From an uncultured Porticoccus sp. (lineage in GTDB: Bacteria; Pseudomonadota; Gammaproteobacteria; Pseudomonadales; Porticoccaceae): DNA of 64,000 bases. Positions 49,922 to 60,381 of this stretch are shown one piece after another. The stretch is from assembly GCA_964276025.1 (NCBI GenBank), contig CAXYDD010000002.1, forward strand, positions 731,568 to 795,567, in the 5' to 3' direction. The first letter of the stretch is position 1, and the number at the start of each line of letters is the position of its first letter. The translations under genes and the position numbers were made by a program. The notes below the pieces were generated by a model. It was not told the DNA's origin. It did no database searches and was given only the letters and a program-made list of their open reading frames with translations.

Positions 49922-50734
49922 ATGAGTAAAGTAGTTTTCCCTATATCTGTGATGTTTTTTGATGGCCTAGAGAGCCGAGCATCTATACTCGCTGCAAAGC
50001 TTAAATTACCGTTATTGGCATATAGTAAGTCTAGTGAGACGCAAAGCAATTTGGCTTTACTGGTTAGTGAGTATGGATTGGAAATTATACACTTGGGAAA
50101 AAATTCACCTGGACCGGTCAGCTGTAACTTTACTTCTGGCCCATTAGACTATCGACGTTTACATGGGGGAGGAAAAAATCAGAATCTCGCAAAAGCAATT
50201 GGTATAAAAAGTTTTAAGCAGAATCTTTATATTATTGATGTCACCGCTGGCTTAGGAAGAGATGCATTTGTTTTAGCTGCATTGGGTGCCAAAGTTCTGA
50301 TGCTTGAAAGAAATGATATTTTGGCAGCCTTGCTTGCTGATGGTATCCATAGAGCGAGAATGATAGAGGGACAAAAAGGTGAAGAGTTTAGGGAAGTTTT
50401 TGAACGCATCACACTTATAAAAAAAGATTCTATTAATTATCTTAATACTCTCGATGATAGATCTAAACCAGATATCATTTATCTTGATCCAATGTTTCCA
50501 TCCCGACAGAAATCAAGCAAGGTTAAAAAAGAAATGCAGTTATTACACAGATTGATTGGGCCAGACGAGGACTCTGATAAGCTCCTTTTATTATCCAAAA
50601 GTAAGGCTAGGTATCGAGTTGTAGTTAAACGACCAATTCATGCAAGATTCTTATCTGATCAAGAACCTAGTTATTCTTTGAAAGGAAATTCTACAAGATA
50701 CGACATTTATTTACATAAAAAAATTCCTGACTAA
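49922..50734 (+). CDS. rsmJ: 16S rRNA (guanine1516-N2)-methyltransferase RsmJ
   Basis: IDVTAGLGRDAFVLAALGAKV.MLERN...A.LL.DG, YLDPMFP..QKS..VKKEM and VVVKRP align with E. coli RsmJ as I recall it. The ATG at 49922 is preferred over the TTG at 49904. Confidence 0.85.
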   Translation: MSKVVFPISVMFFDGLESRASILAAKLKLPLLAYSKSSETQSNLALLVSEYGLEIIHLGKNSPGPVSCNFTSGPLDYRRLHGGGKNQNLAKAIGIKSFKQNLYIIDVTAGLGRDAFVLAALGAKVLMLERNDILAALLADGIHRARMIEGQKGEEFREVFERITLIKKDSINYLNTLDDRSKPDIIYLDPMFPSRQKSSKVKKEMQLLHRLIGPDEDSDKLLLLSKSKARYRVVVKRPIHARFLSDQEPSYSLKGNSTRYDIYLHKKIPD

Positions 50735-50756
50735 TCCTTTACACTTTAATTAAGTA

Positions 50757-51905
50757 TCAAACTAGCAATTTCTCTAGGAGCCTTTGGTATATTTTACTTA
50801 GGCAATCTAGCTCTTTGATATTAGCGCATTCATCAACTTTATGGATAGTAGCATTTAAAGGACCAAGCTCTACAACCTGACTTCCATAAGGCGCAATAAA
50901 ACGCCCATCTGAGGTTCCGCCCGCTGTAGACAATTTAGTTTTTATACCTGCTACCTCAAATATACTCTCTTTTGCCGCCTCAATTAGCTCTCCCTCTCGG
51001 GTAATGAAGGGTTTGCCGCTCAAAATCCATGATATATTATAGTCTAAATGATTTTTTTGGAGTATTTTTTCTGTCCTATCTTTTATTTCATCTTCGGTAA
51101 TTTCAGTTGAGAAACGAAAGTTAAATACTACTTTGACTTCACCTGGAATCACATTGGTTGCTCCAGTACCAGCATTAATGTTTGATATTTGGAAGGTTGT
51201 AGCTGGGAAAAAACTATTTCCATCATCCCAGTGCTCTCTGGCAAGATCATCTAGGGCAGGTGATATTTTGTGAATAGGGTTATCAGCTATCTGAGGATAA
51301 GCGACATGTCCTTGAACACCCTTTACAATTAACTCACCATTGAGCGATCCCCTTCGTCCATTTTTAATGACATCTCCAGTTATTTCTGAGCTAGAAGGTT
51401 CACCAATAAGACACCATTCTGGAATTTCATTCTGATTTTTAAGATACTCAACTGCTTTTACTATTCCATTTAAAGCTGGCCCCTCCTCGTCACTTGTTAT
51501 AAGGAAAGCAACTCTACCTTTATGATCTGGATGTATGGATATAAATCTTTCTGTTGCAGTTATCATTGCAGCAAGAGATCCCTTCATGTCTGCTGCACCT
51601 CGACCATAAAGAAAATCCCCATCTAGGGTTGGCTGAAAGGGTGGGTGCTTCCAGATATTTTCGTCACCTGTAGGTACAACATCTGTATGCCCAGCAAAAC
51701 ATAGTGTTGGGCCTTCAACACCATGAACTGCCCAAAAATTCTTTACATTACCGAAAGGTAGACTTTGAATTTTAAAGCCGGTCGATTCTAATCGACGTAT
51801 CATTAGTTTCTGACATCCAGCATCTACAGGTGTTACGGACTTTAGCTTTATTAGATCGCAAGCCAGTTTTATAGTTTCAGACTCATTGTGCGACGGTGTA
51901 CGCAT
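50757..51905 (-). CDS. dapE: Succinyl-diaminopimelate desuccinylase
   Basis: M20 peptidase motifs ([21 protein letters not shown]); 382 aa, the typical DapE length. Confidence 0.9.
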   Translation of the reverse strand: MRTPSHNESETIKLACDLIKLKSVTPVDAGCQKLMIRRLESTGFKIQSLPFGNVKNFWAVHGVEGPTLCFAGHTDVVPTGDENIWKHPPFQPTLDGDFLYGRGAADMKGSLAAMITATERFISIHPDHKGRVAFLITSDEEGPALNGIVKAVEYLKNQNEIPEWCLIGEPSSSEITGDVIKNGRRGSLNGELIVKGVQGHVAYPQIADNPIHKISPALDDLAREHWDDGNSFFPATTFQISNINAGTGATNVIPGEVKVVFNFRFSTEITEDEIKDRTEKILQKNHLDYNISWILSGKPFITREGELIEAAKESIFEVAGIKTKLSTAGGTSDGRFIAPYGSQVVELGPLNATIHKVDECANIKELDCLSKIYQRLLEKLLV

Positions 51906-51956
51906 AAGCTCAGACCTTAAATATTTTTAATAGAAAATTATTATAAATTAATATGC

Positions 51957-52994
51957 TTAGTTCGAGTTGTGTAAATCTTCATTTAACAAAACTGCTGAAC
52001 CATTAGTTAGACATTCTACAGCACCTGTTTGAGAATTTCGTCTAAATAAAAGATCATCTTTATTTGCTAAATCGCGAGCTTTAAGTTGAGTTATGAGTTG
52101 TCCTTTATCATCTATTAATTTAACCTTTGTACCTGCAGTTATATAGAGTCCTGCTTCAATTGTGCAACGGTCGCCCAATGGTATACCAAGCCCAGAATTT
52201 GCCCCTAATAAACACTTGCTTCCGATAGTGATAATAATTTCCCCACCACCAGACAAAGTACCCATAGTTGAACTCCCTCCTCCTAAATCAGAACCTTCTT
52301 TAATGAATACACCCTGAGATATTCGCCCTTCAATCATGCTTGTGCTCTCTGTTCCAGCATTAAAATTTACAAACCCCTCGTGCATTATAGTAGTTCCCTC
52401 ACCAATATAAGCTCCAAGTCTAACTCTTGCTGTATCTGCTATACGAACACCCGAGGGAACAACGTAATCAACCATTTTTGGAAATTTATCGATACTATTT
52501 ACAAGCAAAGATGAACCACTGAGTCGTGCCTCAAGCTGACGATCAGCTAGCTCTTTAATATCTATGGCCCCTTGGTTCGTCCATGCAATATTTGGGAGAA
52601 TACCAAACATCCCATTAAGGTTAAGGCTGTTTGGTTTAACAAGCCTATATGAAAGAAGATGAAGTTTAAGATAGGCCTCTTGCATAGAAGTGAGCTCAGC
52701 ATCATTTTCTAATATAGTAATTAATACCGGTTTTTTTGAGCCTATAAGTTTTTTGGATAATAGAGATAAGCTAAATTCTTCTATCTTTAAAAATTCGTCT
52801 GAAAACTTTTTAAGAAGAGAGTCGTTCAAAGAAAAAATATGATTTCCACCATCATAATTAAGTGCTTTTGATAATATGACCAATACTTTTTGATTAGGGT
52901 TTAAAATCGGTTCCGGATAAAATATTTCCAGCCATTCCCCTCTTTTATTTTGTGTGCCAACACCCAAACCAAGGCTAAATAATTTCATCATCAT
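51957..52994 (-). CDS. dapD: 2,3,4,5-tetrahydropyridine-2,6-dicarboxylate N-succinyltransferase (long form)
   Basis: 345 aa with a C-terminal left-handed beta-helix hexapeptide repeat region and a Pseudomonas-type long N-terminal domain. Confidence 0.85.
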   Translation of the reverse strand: MMMKLFSLGLGVGTQNKRGEWLEIFYPEPILNPNQKVLVILSKALNYDGGNHIFSLNDSLLKKFSDEFLKIEEFSLSLLSKKLIGSKKPVLITILENDAELTSMQEAYLKLHLLSYRLVKPNSLNLNGMFGILPNIAWTNQGAIDIKELADRQLEARLSGSSLLVNSIDKFPKMVDYVVPSGVRIADTARVRLGAYIGEGTTIMHEGFVNFNAGTESTSMIEGRISQGVFIKEGSDLGGGSSTMGTLSGGGEIIITIGSKCLLGANSGLGIPLGDRCTIEAGLYITAGTKVKLIDDKGQLITQLKARDLANKDDLLFRRNSQTGAVECLTNGSAVLLNEDLHNSN

Positions 52995-53024
52995 TGTTTC
53001 CTGAGTGAAAACTCATAATTTAAT

Positions 53025-53387
53025 TTATAAAATTTTAGAAGAAAAAATAGCTTTATATTTATCCGCAGTGAATCCAATATATATAATATCGTCAACATCA
53101 AGTATAGGTCTCTTGATTATTATTGGTAGCTCTAACAGTAGATCAGTATTTTTTGTTCCTAGAAAATCTTCCTGTGTCTTTATTGAAAGTCCTCTCCAGG
53201 TTGCGCTTCTTTTATTGATAATCGCTTCAAATTTTAATGTACGAAGCCATTTTTTAAGCGCCCCTTTATTGAATTGATCGCTACGTATATCATGAAAAAT
53301 ATACTCTATATTAGACTGCTTCAACCATTTTCTAGCTTTGCTAACTGTATCGCAATTTTTAATACCATACATTTTTATTATCGCCAT
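53025..53387 (-). CDS. ArsC/Spx family reductase-like protein (YffB-like)
   Basis: MYGIKNCDTVSKARKWL and KRPIL motifs; 120 aa. Confidence 0.8.
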   Translation of the reverse strand: MAIIKMYGIKNCDTVSKARKWLKQSNIEYIFHDIRSDQFNKGALKKWLRTLKFEAIINKRSATWRGLSIKTQEDFLGTKNTDLLLELPIIIKRPILDVDDIIYIGFTADKYKAIFSSKIL

Positions 53388-53468
53388 ACCTAAGCCAACT
53401 CAAAACAAATTTTAATACAGGATTATAGATCTATAGCAGTATAGTTACCAAATTTTAATATTAATAAA

Positions 53469-54122
53469 TCAAGCTTTTTTTGTTTTCAGCGGTTTTTTTC
53501 TATTTGGATATAACTTAGTACAGATTTGACAAATAGTGCCATCGCAATTCCATGCAGAACAGAACTCTCTACCAAAATAAATGAATTGAAGATGAAGCTT
53601 GTTCCAGCTGGATTTTGGAAAAAGTATCTTTAAATCCCTTTCCGTCTTGGTGACATTTCTGCCATCCGTTAATCCCCATCTTTGGGCAAGTCGATGTATG
53701 TGTGTATCAACTGGAAAAGCAGGTTGCCCAAAACCTTGCGACATAACTACACTTGCTGTTTTATGGCCAACACCAGGAAGGGTTTCGAGCAACTCTATGT
53801 TTTCTGGGACTTCAGAATGAAATGTATTTACAAGAATATTAGATAATTCATGAATGGCTCTAGATTTTTTTGGACCCAGACCACATGGTCGAATTATTTC
53901 ATAAATAGTTTGAATTGGAATTTTAGACATATCTTTTGGGTTATCTGCCAGCTCAAAAAGTTTCGGTGTGATTTGATTTACACGAGAGTCTGTACATTGT
54001 GCAGAGAGAAGTACTGCAATCAGTAAGCTATATATATCCTTGTGAGCTAAAGGTATGGGTATAGATGGATATATTTGGTTTAGCTTAGAAAGAATATATT
54101 CAGCTCTTTGTTTTTTTCGCAT
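53469..54122 (-). CDS. nth: Endonuclease III
   Basis: HhH-GPD with LPGVGHKTASVV (catalytic Lys), VDTHIHR (Asp) and a C-terminal four-Cys cluster. Confidence 0.9.
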   Translation of the reverse strand: MRKKQRAEYILSKLNQIYPSIPIPLAHKDIYSLLIAVLLSAQCTDSRVNQITPKLFELADNPKDMSKIPIQTIYEIIRPCGLGPKKSRAIHELSNILVNTFHSEVPENIELLETLPGVGHKTASVVMSQGFGQPAFPVDTHIHRLAQRWGLTDGRNVTKTERDLKILFPKSSWNKLHLQFIYFGREFCSAWNCDGTICQICTKLYPNRKKPLKTKKA

Positions 54123-54124
54123 TT

Positions 54125-55336
54125 TTATTTTTTTCTTGAAGACGTAATAAATTTTTTTATTCTTTTAGCGGCCTCTCGGCATTCTTCAACCGGAGCTACG
54201 AGTGCCATTCTCACGTAGTTTTCTCCAGGATTTTTATTTTTTGAGAGTCTACCAAGATATCGACCAGGCAAGACAGTTACATTTTGTTGTAAAAAAAGAT
54301 TCTTACAGAAAATTTCATCATTACCTAATTGGGTTGGTGAAATATTCATCCAAAGATAAAACCCTCCGTCTGGAATATCAAGAGGTAATATGCCCCCTAA
54401 AATTTCCTGAAAATCATCAAACTTTTGCCGATATTTTCTACGATTTTCCTGTACATGTTTTTCATCACTCCAGGCAGCAATACTTGCTATTTGAGTAGTT
54501 AACGGCATAGCGCAACCATGATATGTTCTATACCGTAAAAATTGTTCCAGGATATCAGCGTCTCCAGCAACGAAGCCTGACCTTAGCCCAGGTAAATTAG
54601 AACGCTTTGATAGACTATGAAACGCTACACATCTTTTGAAATTATAGCGGTGCATCTTAGAACAGGCTTCAAGTAATCCGGGTGGTGGTCTTTCTTCATC
54701 ATAATATATTTCAGAATAACACTCGTCACTTGCTATAATAAAATCATATTTATCTGCTAACTTTATAAGCTCTTGCATTTTACTAGTGCTAAGGACAGCT
54801 CCACTGGGGTTTCCTGGAGAGCATATGTATATTAATTGACATGATCTCCAGATTTTTTCTGGAACAGAGGTGAAATCAGTTAAGTATTCAGTTTCTTTAT
54901 CACAGTTCAGAAAATATATGCTAGCACCAGATAAAATAGATGCCCCTTCATAGATTTGATAGAAAGGATTTGGCATTAAAATAGTTGGATTATCTGATCT
55001 ATCAATAGTAGCCTGAGCAAAAGAAAAAAGGGCCTCTCGTGTCCCATTTACAGGCAAAACCTGTGACTCAGGGTCCACACAGTTAAGCTTAAAGCGATCT
55101 TTCAGCCAAACTTCTATTGCCTGCCTAAGTTCTAGAGCCCCTTTAGTGTTAGGGTAAACAGATATCTTATCCATTGAGGCTGCGATTGCATGAGCAACAA
55201 ATTCTGGAGGAGGATGTTTTGGTTCACCAATCGATAAAGGAATATTTTTGAGTGATTTTGGTGGTTCGAGTCCAGTAAAAAGTGTGGCAAGCCTCTCAAA
55301 AGGATATTGTTGAAGTTGTTCGAGATCAGTATTCAT
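54125..55336 (-). CDS. dapC: Succinyldiaminopimelate transaminase (class I/II aminotransferase)
   Basis: Class I PLP aminotransferase (SLSKRSNLPGLRSG carries the PLP Lys). The position next to glnD is conserved in Pseudomonas-like genomes, where this gene is annotated dapC. Confidence 0.75.
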   Translation of the reverse strand: MNTDLEQLQQYPFERLATLFTGLEPPKSLKNIPLSIGEPKHPPPEFVAHAIAASMDKISVYPNTKGALELRQAIEVWLKDRFKLNCVDPESQVLPVNGTREALFSFAQATIDRSDNPTILMPNPFYQIYEGASILSGASIYFLNCDKETEYLTDFTSVPEKIWRSCQLIYICSPGNPSGAVLSTSKMQELIKLADKYDFIIASDECYSEIYYDEERPPPGLLEACSKMHRYNFKRCVAFHSLSKRSNLPGLRSGFVAGDADILEQFLRYRTYHGCAMPLTTQIASIAAWSDEKHVQENRRKYRQKFDDFQEILGGILPLDIPDGGFYLWMNISPTQLGNDEIFCKNLFLQQNVTVLPGRYLGRLSKNKNPGENYVRMALVAPVEECREAAKRIKKFITSSRKK

Positions 55337-55357
55337 AAGTTATCTTCTATAAATTTT

Positions 55358-58108
55358 TCAATTCCATAGACTCATTTTCTGTAGTGGCGCGCCTTCTGTT
55401 TCTTTCATTACTCGAGCATCAAGTTCATCGCATATTGCTTGCTCTAATTGTGAGCAGATAAGAGGGTCACCCAAGGGTTTATAGTTCGCGTCTACTACAT
55501 GAAAAACATCTTCGACTCGTTCTCCTAGGGTTGATATTTTTGCACTAATAAGCTGAAGTTTAAATTTCATAAAAATTTTACCTAAACATAAAAGCAAGCC
55601 TGGCCTATCAGGTGTAATCACCTCAAGAGTCGTACATACTTTGGAGAGATCAGTGCTTATGAGCACATTAGTCATTGTGCTAAATTGTTTGAGATCTTGT
55701 GGAATTCTTCTATGTACATCAAGAATGGATTGCTTTGGGTTACGAAAAGCTTCATTTAACACAGTTTTTATCTGAGAAACAATTTTAATTTCTTCTCCGA
55801 ATGGTTTACCATTTTGATTTACAACATAGAAGATATCGAACGCAGTTTCTTTAATCTGTTTATTTACAGTACCACGTATAGTTGTATGTAAGCTTGCGTC
55901 AAGAATTCTAAGTTGAAGCTTATCAAGTGTTGATGCAATTATTGGAAAGACTTTATATAATCCATTGGTCCCTATAAATATTTGTGTAGCAATTGGTTTT
56001 TCAATACCTTTGTCTTTTATCAAAACTACAGGTATATTTTTTTTATCGTTTTTTAATATAGCCTCTGTATATCGTACGATATCATTCGCATTTTCTCTAA
56101 GAAAAAACTCGTCATCAAGGCCAGCCCATATTTTTTCAACATCAATTTTAGATATTTCCTTTATATTTTTAATAGCTTCATTTTTAGTATTTTGTACCCA
56201 CTGTTCTCGGCTTTCTGGGTTTTCAAGGCCACGACTTAAGGCTTTTTTTGTCTCAGTATAAAGCTGGCGCATTAATGATGCTTTCCAATTGTTCCAGAGC
56301 TCTGGGTTTGTAGCAATGATGTCTGCAACTGTCAAAACTAATAAATAATCTAGCTTTATTTGGGTACCAATTAATTTGGCAAATTTATGAATTACATCTG
56401 GGTCAGAAATATCGGATCTTTGAGATGTACTTGACATTAAAAGATGGTTCTCTACAAGCCATACAACCAAATTTGACTCAGTTTTAGATATATTATGTCG
56501 TATGCAAAAATCAGCAGCATCAATCGCTCCCAAAACAGAGTGATCTCCTCCTCTTCCCTTACCGATATCATGATACAGACCAGCAATATAAGCTAATTCA
56601 GGTTTAGGTAAATTCTTGTATACATACGCAGTAGTAGGGAATCTATGTGCTTCTTCAGGTTTATCAAAGGTACGCATATTTTTAATCAATTGAAGTGTGT
56701 GGGCATCTACAGGGTAACGGTGAAATAGGTCATGTTGCGTTTGCCCAATAATCGCACCAAATTCAGGCAAATATCTTCCAAGTATCCCATATCTAGTCAT
56801 TCGTTGTAGCTGGGTAGTCATTTTATATGGAGATCGCAGTAAACGTAAAAATAATAATTTATTGTTAGAAGAGTTTCGAAATGATTCATCAATTAATTTT
56901 CGGTATTGTCGAATTTGCCTTATGGTGGTTGCGTGAATTCCAGTAATTGTTTTATTTTCCCCAATAAGACAAAAAATCTCAAGGAGTGCAGATGGATCTT
57001 TAGCAAAAACGTGACGATCAATAGTTTCAATAGAGTGATTATTAATTATAAAGCGTTCATTTAATACAACTTTTTCTCCACCTGTATTATTTTGGAAAAT
57101 TTCTTCATTGAAACACTGAAATAAAGTATCGGTCAGCTCTCTTATTGATAACACTACTTGGTAGTAGTGTTGCATGAATTGTTCTACGCCTAAACGTTTC
57201 TCACCATCTTTATAACCAAACATTAAAGCAATTTTACGTTGATGATCAAATAGAAGTCGTTCTTCTGGTCTGCCCGCTACTAGATGTAAAGCGTAACGGA
57301 CCCTCCAAAGAAAAGCTTCATTTCTTTTTAGCTGAAGATATTCGTCAGGTGTAATGAAATTATCGCCAATCAGCTCTTCTAGTGAATTTACTTCAAAATG
57401 TCTCTTGGCTACCCAGTTTATAGTCTGAATATCCCTCAGTCCGCCTGGCGCTTCTTTTATATTAGGCTCAAGATTGTATTCAGTATTACCATGCTTGGCA
57501 TGGCGCTTGTTCTGTTCTAATAGCTTAGCCTTAAAGAATTCATTAGATGGCCACAGCTTGAGTGGCCATATTCTATTTGGACTTGTTTTTTTTAGCATAT
57601 TATTTCTAATAGCATCTTCACCGCATATAGTTCTTGTCTCCATTATATTGGTTGCGATAGTCACATCATTTCTTGCAGCCCTAACACAATCAGAAATCGA
57701 CCGGACACTGTGTCCTATTTTTAACTGTATGTCCCATAAAAATGCTAGAAAGGTTTCTATATTTTTTTGATATAAGTTTATCCTGCTCGAACTAACTAAT
57801 ATCATTAAATCAATATCCGAATGAGGGTGAAGCTCTCCTCTTCCATAACCCCCTACAGCTAAGAGAGATATTTTTTTATCCCATTCGAATTGATTCCAGG
57901 CATATTGGAGAACGATATCAATAAAAGAGGTTTTTTCTTTCAATAGATCAGCTGTTTTTTCTTTATTCTTGAATTTTTCTTTAAGCCTAAGCTCAGCCTC
58001 AAAAATAGCATTTTTGAATGCTTGAATAGTATTTCCACGATCCAACTCTTTAGTAAATTTTTGTTCATCAAATATACAAAATTTAGTTGGACTGTTTACT
58101 TTAGGCAT
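55358..58108 (-). CDS. glnD: Bifunctional [protein-PII] uridylyltransferase / uridylyl-removing enzyme
   Basis: 916 aa with a nucleotidyltransferase region (AVGGYGRGELHPHSDIDL), an HD domain (HDIGKGRGGDHS) and two C-terminal ACT domains. Confidence 0.95.
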   Translation of the reverse strand: MPKVNSPTKFCIFDEQKFTKELDRGNTIQAFKNAIFEAELRLKEKFKNKEKTADLLKEKTSFIDIVLQYAWNQFEWDKKISLLAVGGYGRGELHPHSDIDLMILVSSSRINLYQKNIETFLAFLWDIQLKIGHSVRSISDCVRAARNDVTIATNIMETRTICGEDAIRNNMLKKTSPNRIWPLKLWPSNEFFKAKLLEQNKRHAKHGNTEYNLEPNIKEAPGGLRDIQTINWVAKRHFEVNSLEELIGDNFITPDEYLQLKRNEAFLWRVRYALHLVAGRPEERLLFDHQRKIALMFGYKDGEKRLGVEQFMQHYYQVVLSIRELTDTLFQCFNEEIFQNNTGGEKVVLNERFIINNHSIETIDRHVFAKDPSALLEIFCLIGENKTITGIHATTIRQIRQYRKLIDESFRNSSNNKLLFLRLLRSPYKMTTQLQRMTRYGILGRYLPEFGAIIGQTQHDLFHRYPVDAHTLQLIKNMRTFDKPEEAHRFPTTAYVYKNLPKPELAYIAGLYHDIGKGRGGDHSVLGAIDAADFCIRHNISKTESNLVVWLVENHLLMSSTSQRSDISDPDVIHKFAKLIGTQIKLDYLLVLTVADIIATNPELWNNWKASLMRQLYTETKKALSRGLENPESREQWVQNTKNEAIKNIKEISKIDVEKIWAGLDDEFFLRENANDIVRYTEAILKNDKKNIPVVLIKDKGIEKPIATQIFIGTNGLYKVFPIIASTLDKLQLRILDASLHTTIRGTVNKQIKETAFDIFYVVNQNGKPFGEEIKIVSQIKTVLNEAFRNPKQSILDVHRRIPQDLKQFSTMTNVLISTDLSKVCTTLEVITPDRPGLLLCLGKIFMKFKLQLISAKISTLGERVEDVFHVVDANYKPLGDPLICSQLEQAICDELDARVMKETEGAPLQKMSLWN

Positions 58109-58878
58109 CAGAAAGATTCTTCGGTACGTGCAGTTAAAACTTCAACACCATTACTAGTTATTGCGAGTGTATGTTCCCACTGAGCAGATAATCTTCCATC
58201 AAGGGTCTCGACAGTCCATCCATCTTGTTTTACTTTAGTTTGATGTTTGCCTGCATTAACCATAGGTTCGATTGTAAAAGTCATCCCTTCTCGCATTATA
58301 AATCCTGTATCGGGTCGGCCATAATGAAGTATTTGTGGATCTTGATGAAATTCCGTACCAATACCATGCCCGCAATAGTCTCTAACTACGCTGTAATGAT
58401 TGCTTTCAACGTAATGTTGAATAATATGTCCAATATCTCCAAGACGAACACCGGGCCTTACAATGGATATAGCTTTGTATAAACTTTCTTGACATATATC
58501 TACCAACCGTTTTGCGTGACTTGGCGCTGCGCCTACAAAAAACATTTTACTGGTATCCCCAAAGTATCCATTTTTGATCACAGTGATGTCTATATTTAAA
58601 ATATCACCGTTTTTGAGGATTTTCCTCTCTGATGGTATTCCATGGCAAACTACCTGATTAACTGATGTACATATAGATTTTGGAAAACCTTTGTAGTTGA
58701 GAGGGGCTGGTATAGCCTTCTGTTCATTGACGATATAGTTATGGCAGATTGTATTTAATTCTTCAGTTGACACTCCACTCAAAACATATGGTTCTATCAT
58801 TTCAAGAACTTCTGCAGCGAGTTTTCCAGCGACACGCATTTTTTTTAGTTCATCTGAAGTTTTTATATGTACTGACAT
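58108..58878 (-). CDS. map: Type I methionine aminopeptidase
   Basis: IKTSDELKKMRVAG.LAAEVLEMIEPYV is very close to E. coli Map, and metal ligands are present (DITV, GHGIG, TIEP, EHT). The Met at 58878 is preferred over the one at 58911. The stop overlaps the glnD start (TGATG). Confidence 0.93.
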   Translation of the reverse strand: MSVHIKTSDELKKMRVAGKLAAEVLEMIEPYVLSGVSTEELNTICHNYIVNEQKAIPAPLNYKGFPKSICTSVNQVVCHGIPSERKILKNGDILNIDITVIKNGYFGDTSKMFFVGAAPSHAKRLVDICQESLYKAISIVRPGVRLGDIGHIIQHYVESNHYSVVRDYCGHGIGTEFHQDPQILHYGRPDTGFIMREGMTFTIEPMVNAGKHQTKVKQDGWTVETLDGRLSAQWEHTLAITSNGVEVLTARTEESF

Positions 58879-59064
58879 GTTATATACCGAACTAATATTT
58901 ATACTTGTCATTATAATATAGGATTGTAAATTCCAATAGAATATTTAGCAGACTTTATAGAAATGAAATATCAACCTATAAATATAATTTATTCAAATTT
59001 ATATGCAATAAATTTACTCCATACCTACATCTAGCTTAAACACTCAGCATTTATCCAATTTTCG

Positions 59065-59093
59065 TTCACAAATAACCTAAATTATGTTATAAA
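59065..59093 (+). promoter_or_regulatory. Candidate sigma70 promoter of rpsB-tsf (extended -10)
   Basis: TTCACA (59065-59070), a 17-nt spacer ending in TGT, then TATAAA (59088-59093). This leaves a 5' leader of about 125 nt. Confidence 0.45.
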
Positions 59094-59221
59094 GCACACC
59101 GCTAAAGTTTCGCACTGTAGCCAACGATACACATATGTCGACACACACTTCAGGGTGCCCAATATACAATGGGTTGAATTGTGGGATGTATGGAAGCTTA
59201 ACCCTAACCATAGGAATTAAT

Positions 59222-60346
59222 ATGATTACTGTAAGTATGAAAGAAATGTTGCAAGCTGGTGTCCATTTTGGCCATCAAACTCGCTACTGGAATCCAAAAA
59301 TGGATAAATTTATTTTTGGGTCTCGCAATAAGATACATATTCTAAATCTGGACCATACTGTTCCAGCATTTAATGAAGTACTAAAAATCGTACACAAGAT
59401 CGGCTCTAATAATAACAAAGTCTTATTTGTTGGGACAAAACGTGCAGCGCAGAAGGCAATAGCTGAAAACGCAGCTCGTGCAGGTATGCCTTTTGTCAGC
59501 CATCGTTGGTTAGGAGGAATGCTGACCAACTATAAAACAATACGTGCCTCTATAAAACGTTTTCGTGATCTTGAGGAGCAAAGTCAAGATGGCACATTTG
59601 ATAAATTAACAAAAAAAGAAGCCTTGATGAGAACCCGATTGATGGCAAAGCTTAATAATTCTATTGGTGGCATCAAGGATATGGGCGGGCTACCAGATAT
59701 GCTTTTTGTCGTTGATGTCGACTATGAGCGTATTGCGATACAGGAAGCTAATAAACTTGGCATACCAGTTATTGGTATCGTCGATACCAATAGTGACCCA
59801 GACGGTGTTGATTATGTAATACCCGGCAACGATGATGCTACACGCGCAGTTAAGTTATTTTGCACTGCTGTAGCTGATGCTATCTTGGATGGAAAAGCAG
59901 AAGCTAATAAAGTTGTTGCAAAGGATGAATTTGTTGAAGTAAAAGAAAAAGCTGAAGTAAAAACCGAAATAAAAGTAAAAGAAAAAGCTGAAGTAAAAGA
60001 AAAAGCTGAAGTAAAAGAAAAAGCTGAAGTAAAAGAGAAAGCTGAAGTAAAAGAGAAAGCTGAAGTAAAAGAAAAAGCTGAAGTAAAAGAGAAAGCTGAA
60101 GTAAAAGAAAAAGCTGAAGTAAAAGAGAAAGCTGAAGTAAAAGAGAAAGCTGAAGTAAAAGAGAAAGCTGAAGTAAAAGAGAAACCTAAGACAAAAATTA
60201 AAGAGAAATCTGAAGTAAAAGAGAAAACAGCAACAAAAATACCAAAGGTGGCTACTAAAGCAAAAACTGCAAAAGTGACTACCAAAGTTAAAGAAGCTGA
60301 TAAGAAAAAAGAGAACGTTGATTCGGAAGATAAGCTTACAAAATAG
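59222..60346 (+). CDS. rpsB: 30S ribosomal protein S2 with a long Lys/Glu-rich repetitive C-terminal extension
   Basis: [27 protein letters not shown] is the canonical S2 start, so the ORF track's start at 59135 is rejected. The core runs to about residue 235, followed by (KEKAEV)n. Confidence 0.93.
   Translation: MITVSMKEMLQAGVHFGHQTRYWNPKMDKFIFGSRNKIHILNLDHTVPAFNEVLKIVHKIGSNNNKVLFVGTKRAAQKAIAENAARAGMPFVSHRWLGGMLTNYKTIRASIKRFRDLEEQSQDGTFDKLTKKEALMRTRLMAKLNNSIGGIKDMGGLPDMLFVVDVDYERIAIQEANKLGIPVIGIVDTNSDPDGVDYVIPGNDDATRAVKLFCTAVADAILDGKAEANKVVAKDEFVEVKEKAEVKTEIKVKEKAEVKEKAEVKEKAEVKEKAEVKEKAEVKEKAEVKEKAEVKEKAEVKEKAEVKEKAEVKEKAEVKEKPKTKIKEKSEVKEKTATKIPKVATKAKTAKVTTKVKEADKKKENVDSEDKLTK
59942..60229 (+). 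repeat. In-frame 18-bp tandem repeat AAAGARAAAGCTGAAGTA encoding KEKAEV
   Basis: Eleven perfect consecutive units span 59978-60175 and differ only by synonymous GAA/GAG. One further perfect unit lies at 59942-59959, and degenerate flanking units encode [12 protein letters not shown] and KEKSEV. Confidence 0.95.
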
Positions 60347-60381
60347 GTTTTTAGGCAGATCCAAGAGGCTAAGCCTCTGCA

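Noticed and set aside
53005-53277. 90-aa plus-strand ORF
   Set aside because: It is antisense to the ArsC/YffB-like gene, which has clear family motifs. The ORF has low-complexity Ile/Ser/Leu content typical of AT-rich antisense frames.
53469-53560. Non-canonical Cys spacing in endonuclease III (C-x4-C-x4-C-x2-C instead of E. coli C-x6-C-x2-C-x5-C)
   Set aside because: I recall similar ...CxARxCDGTxCxxC endings in other Nth subfamilies, so this is probably a known variant. Four Cys ligands are present, and the catalytic Lys and Asp are intact.
59135-59221. N-terminal extension of rpsB in the ORF track (start at 59135)
   Set aside because: The canonical S2 N-terminus ([25 protein letters not shown]) begins at 59222. 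The upstream 29 codons are better explained as the 5' leader.
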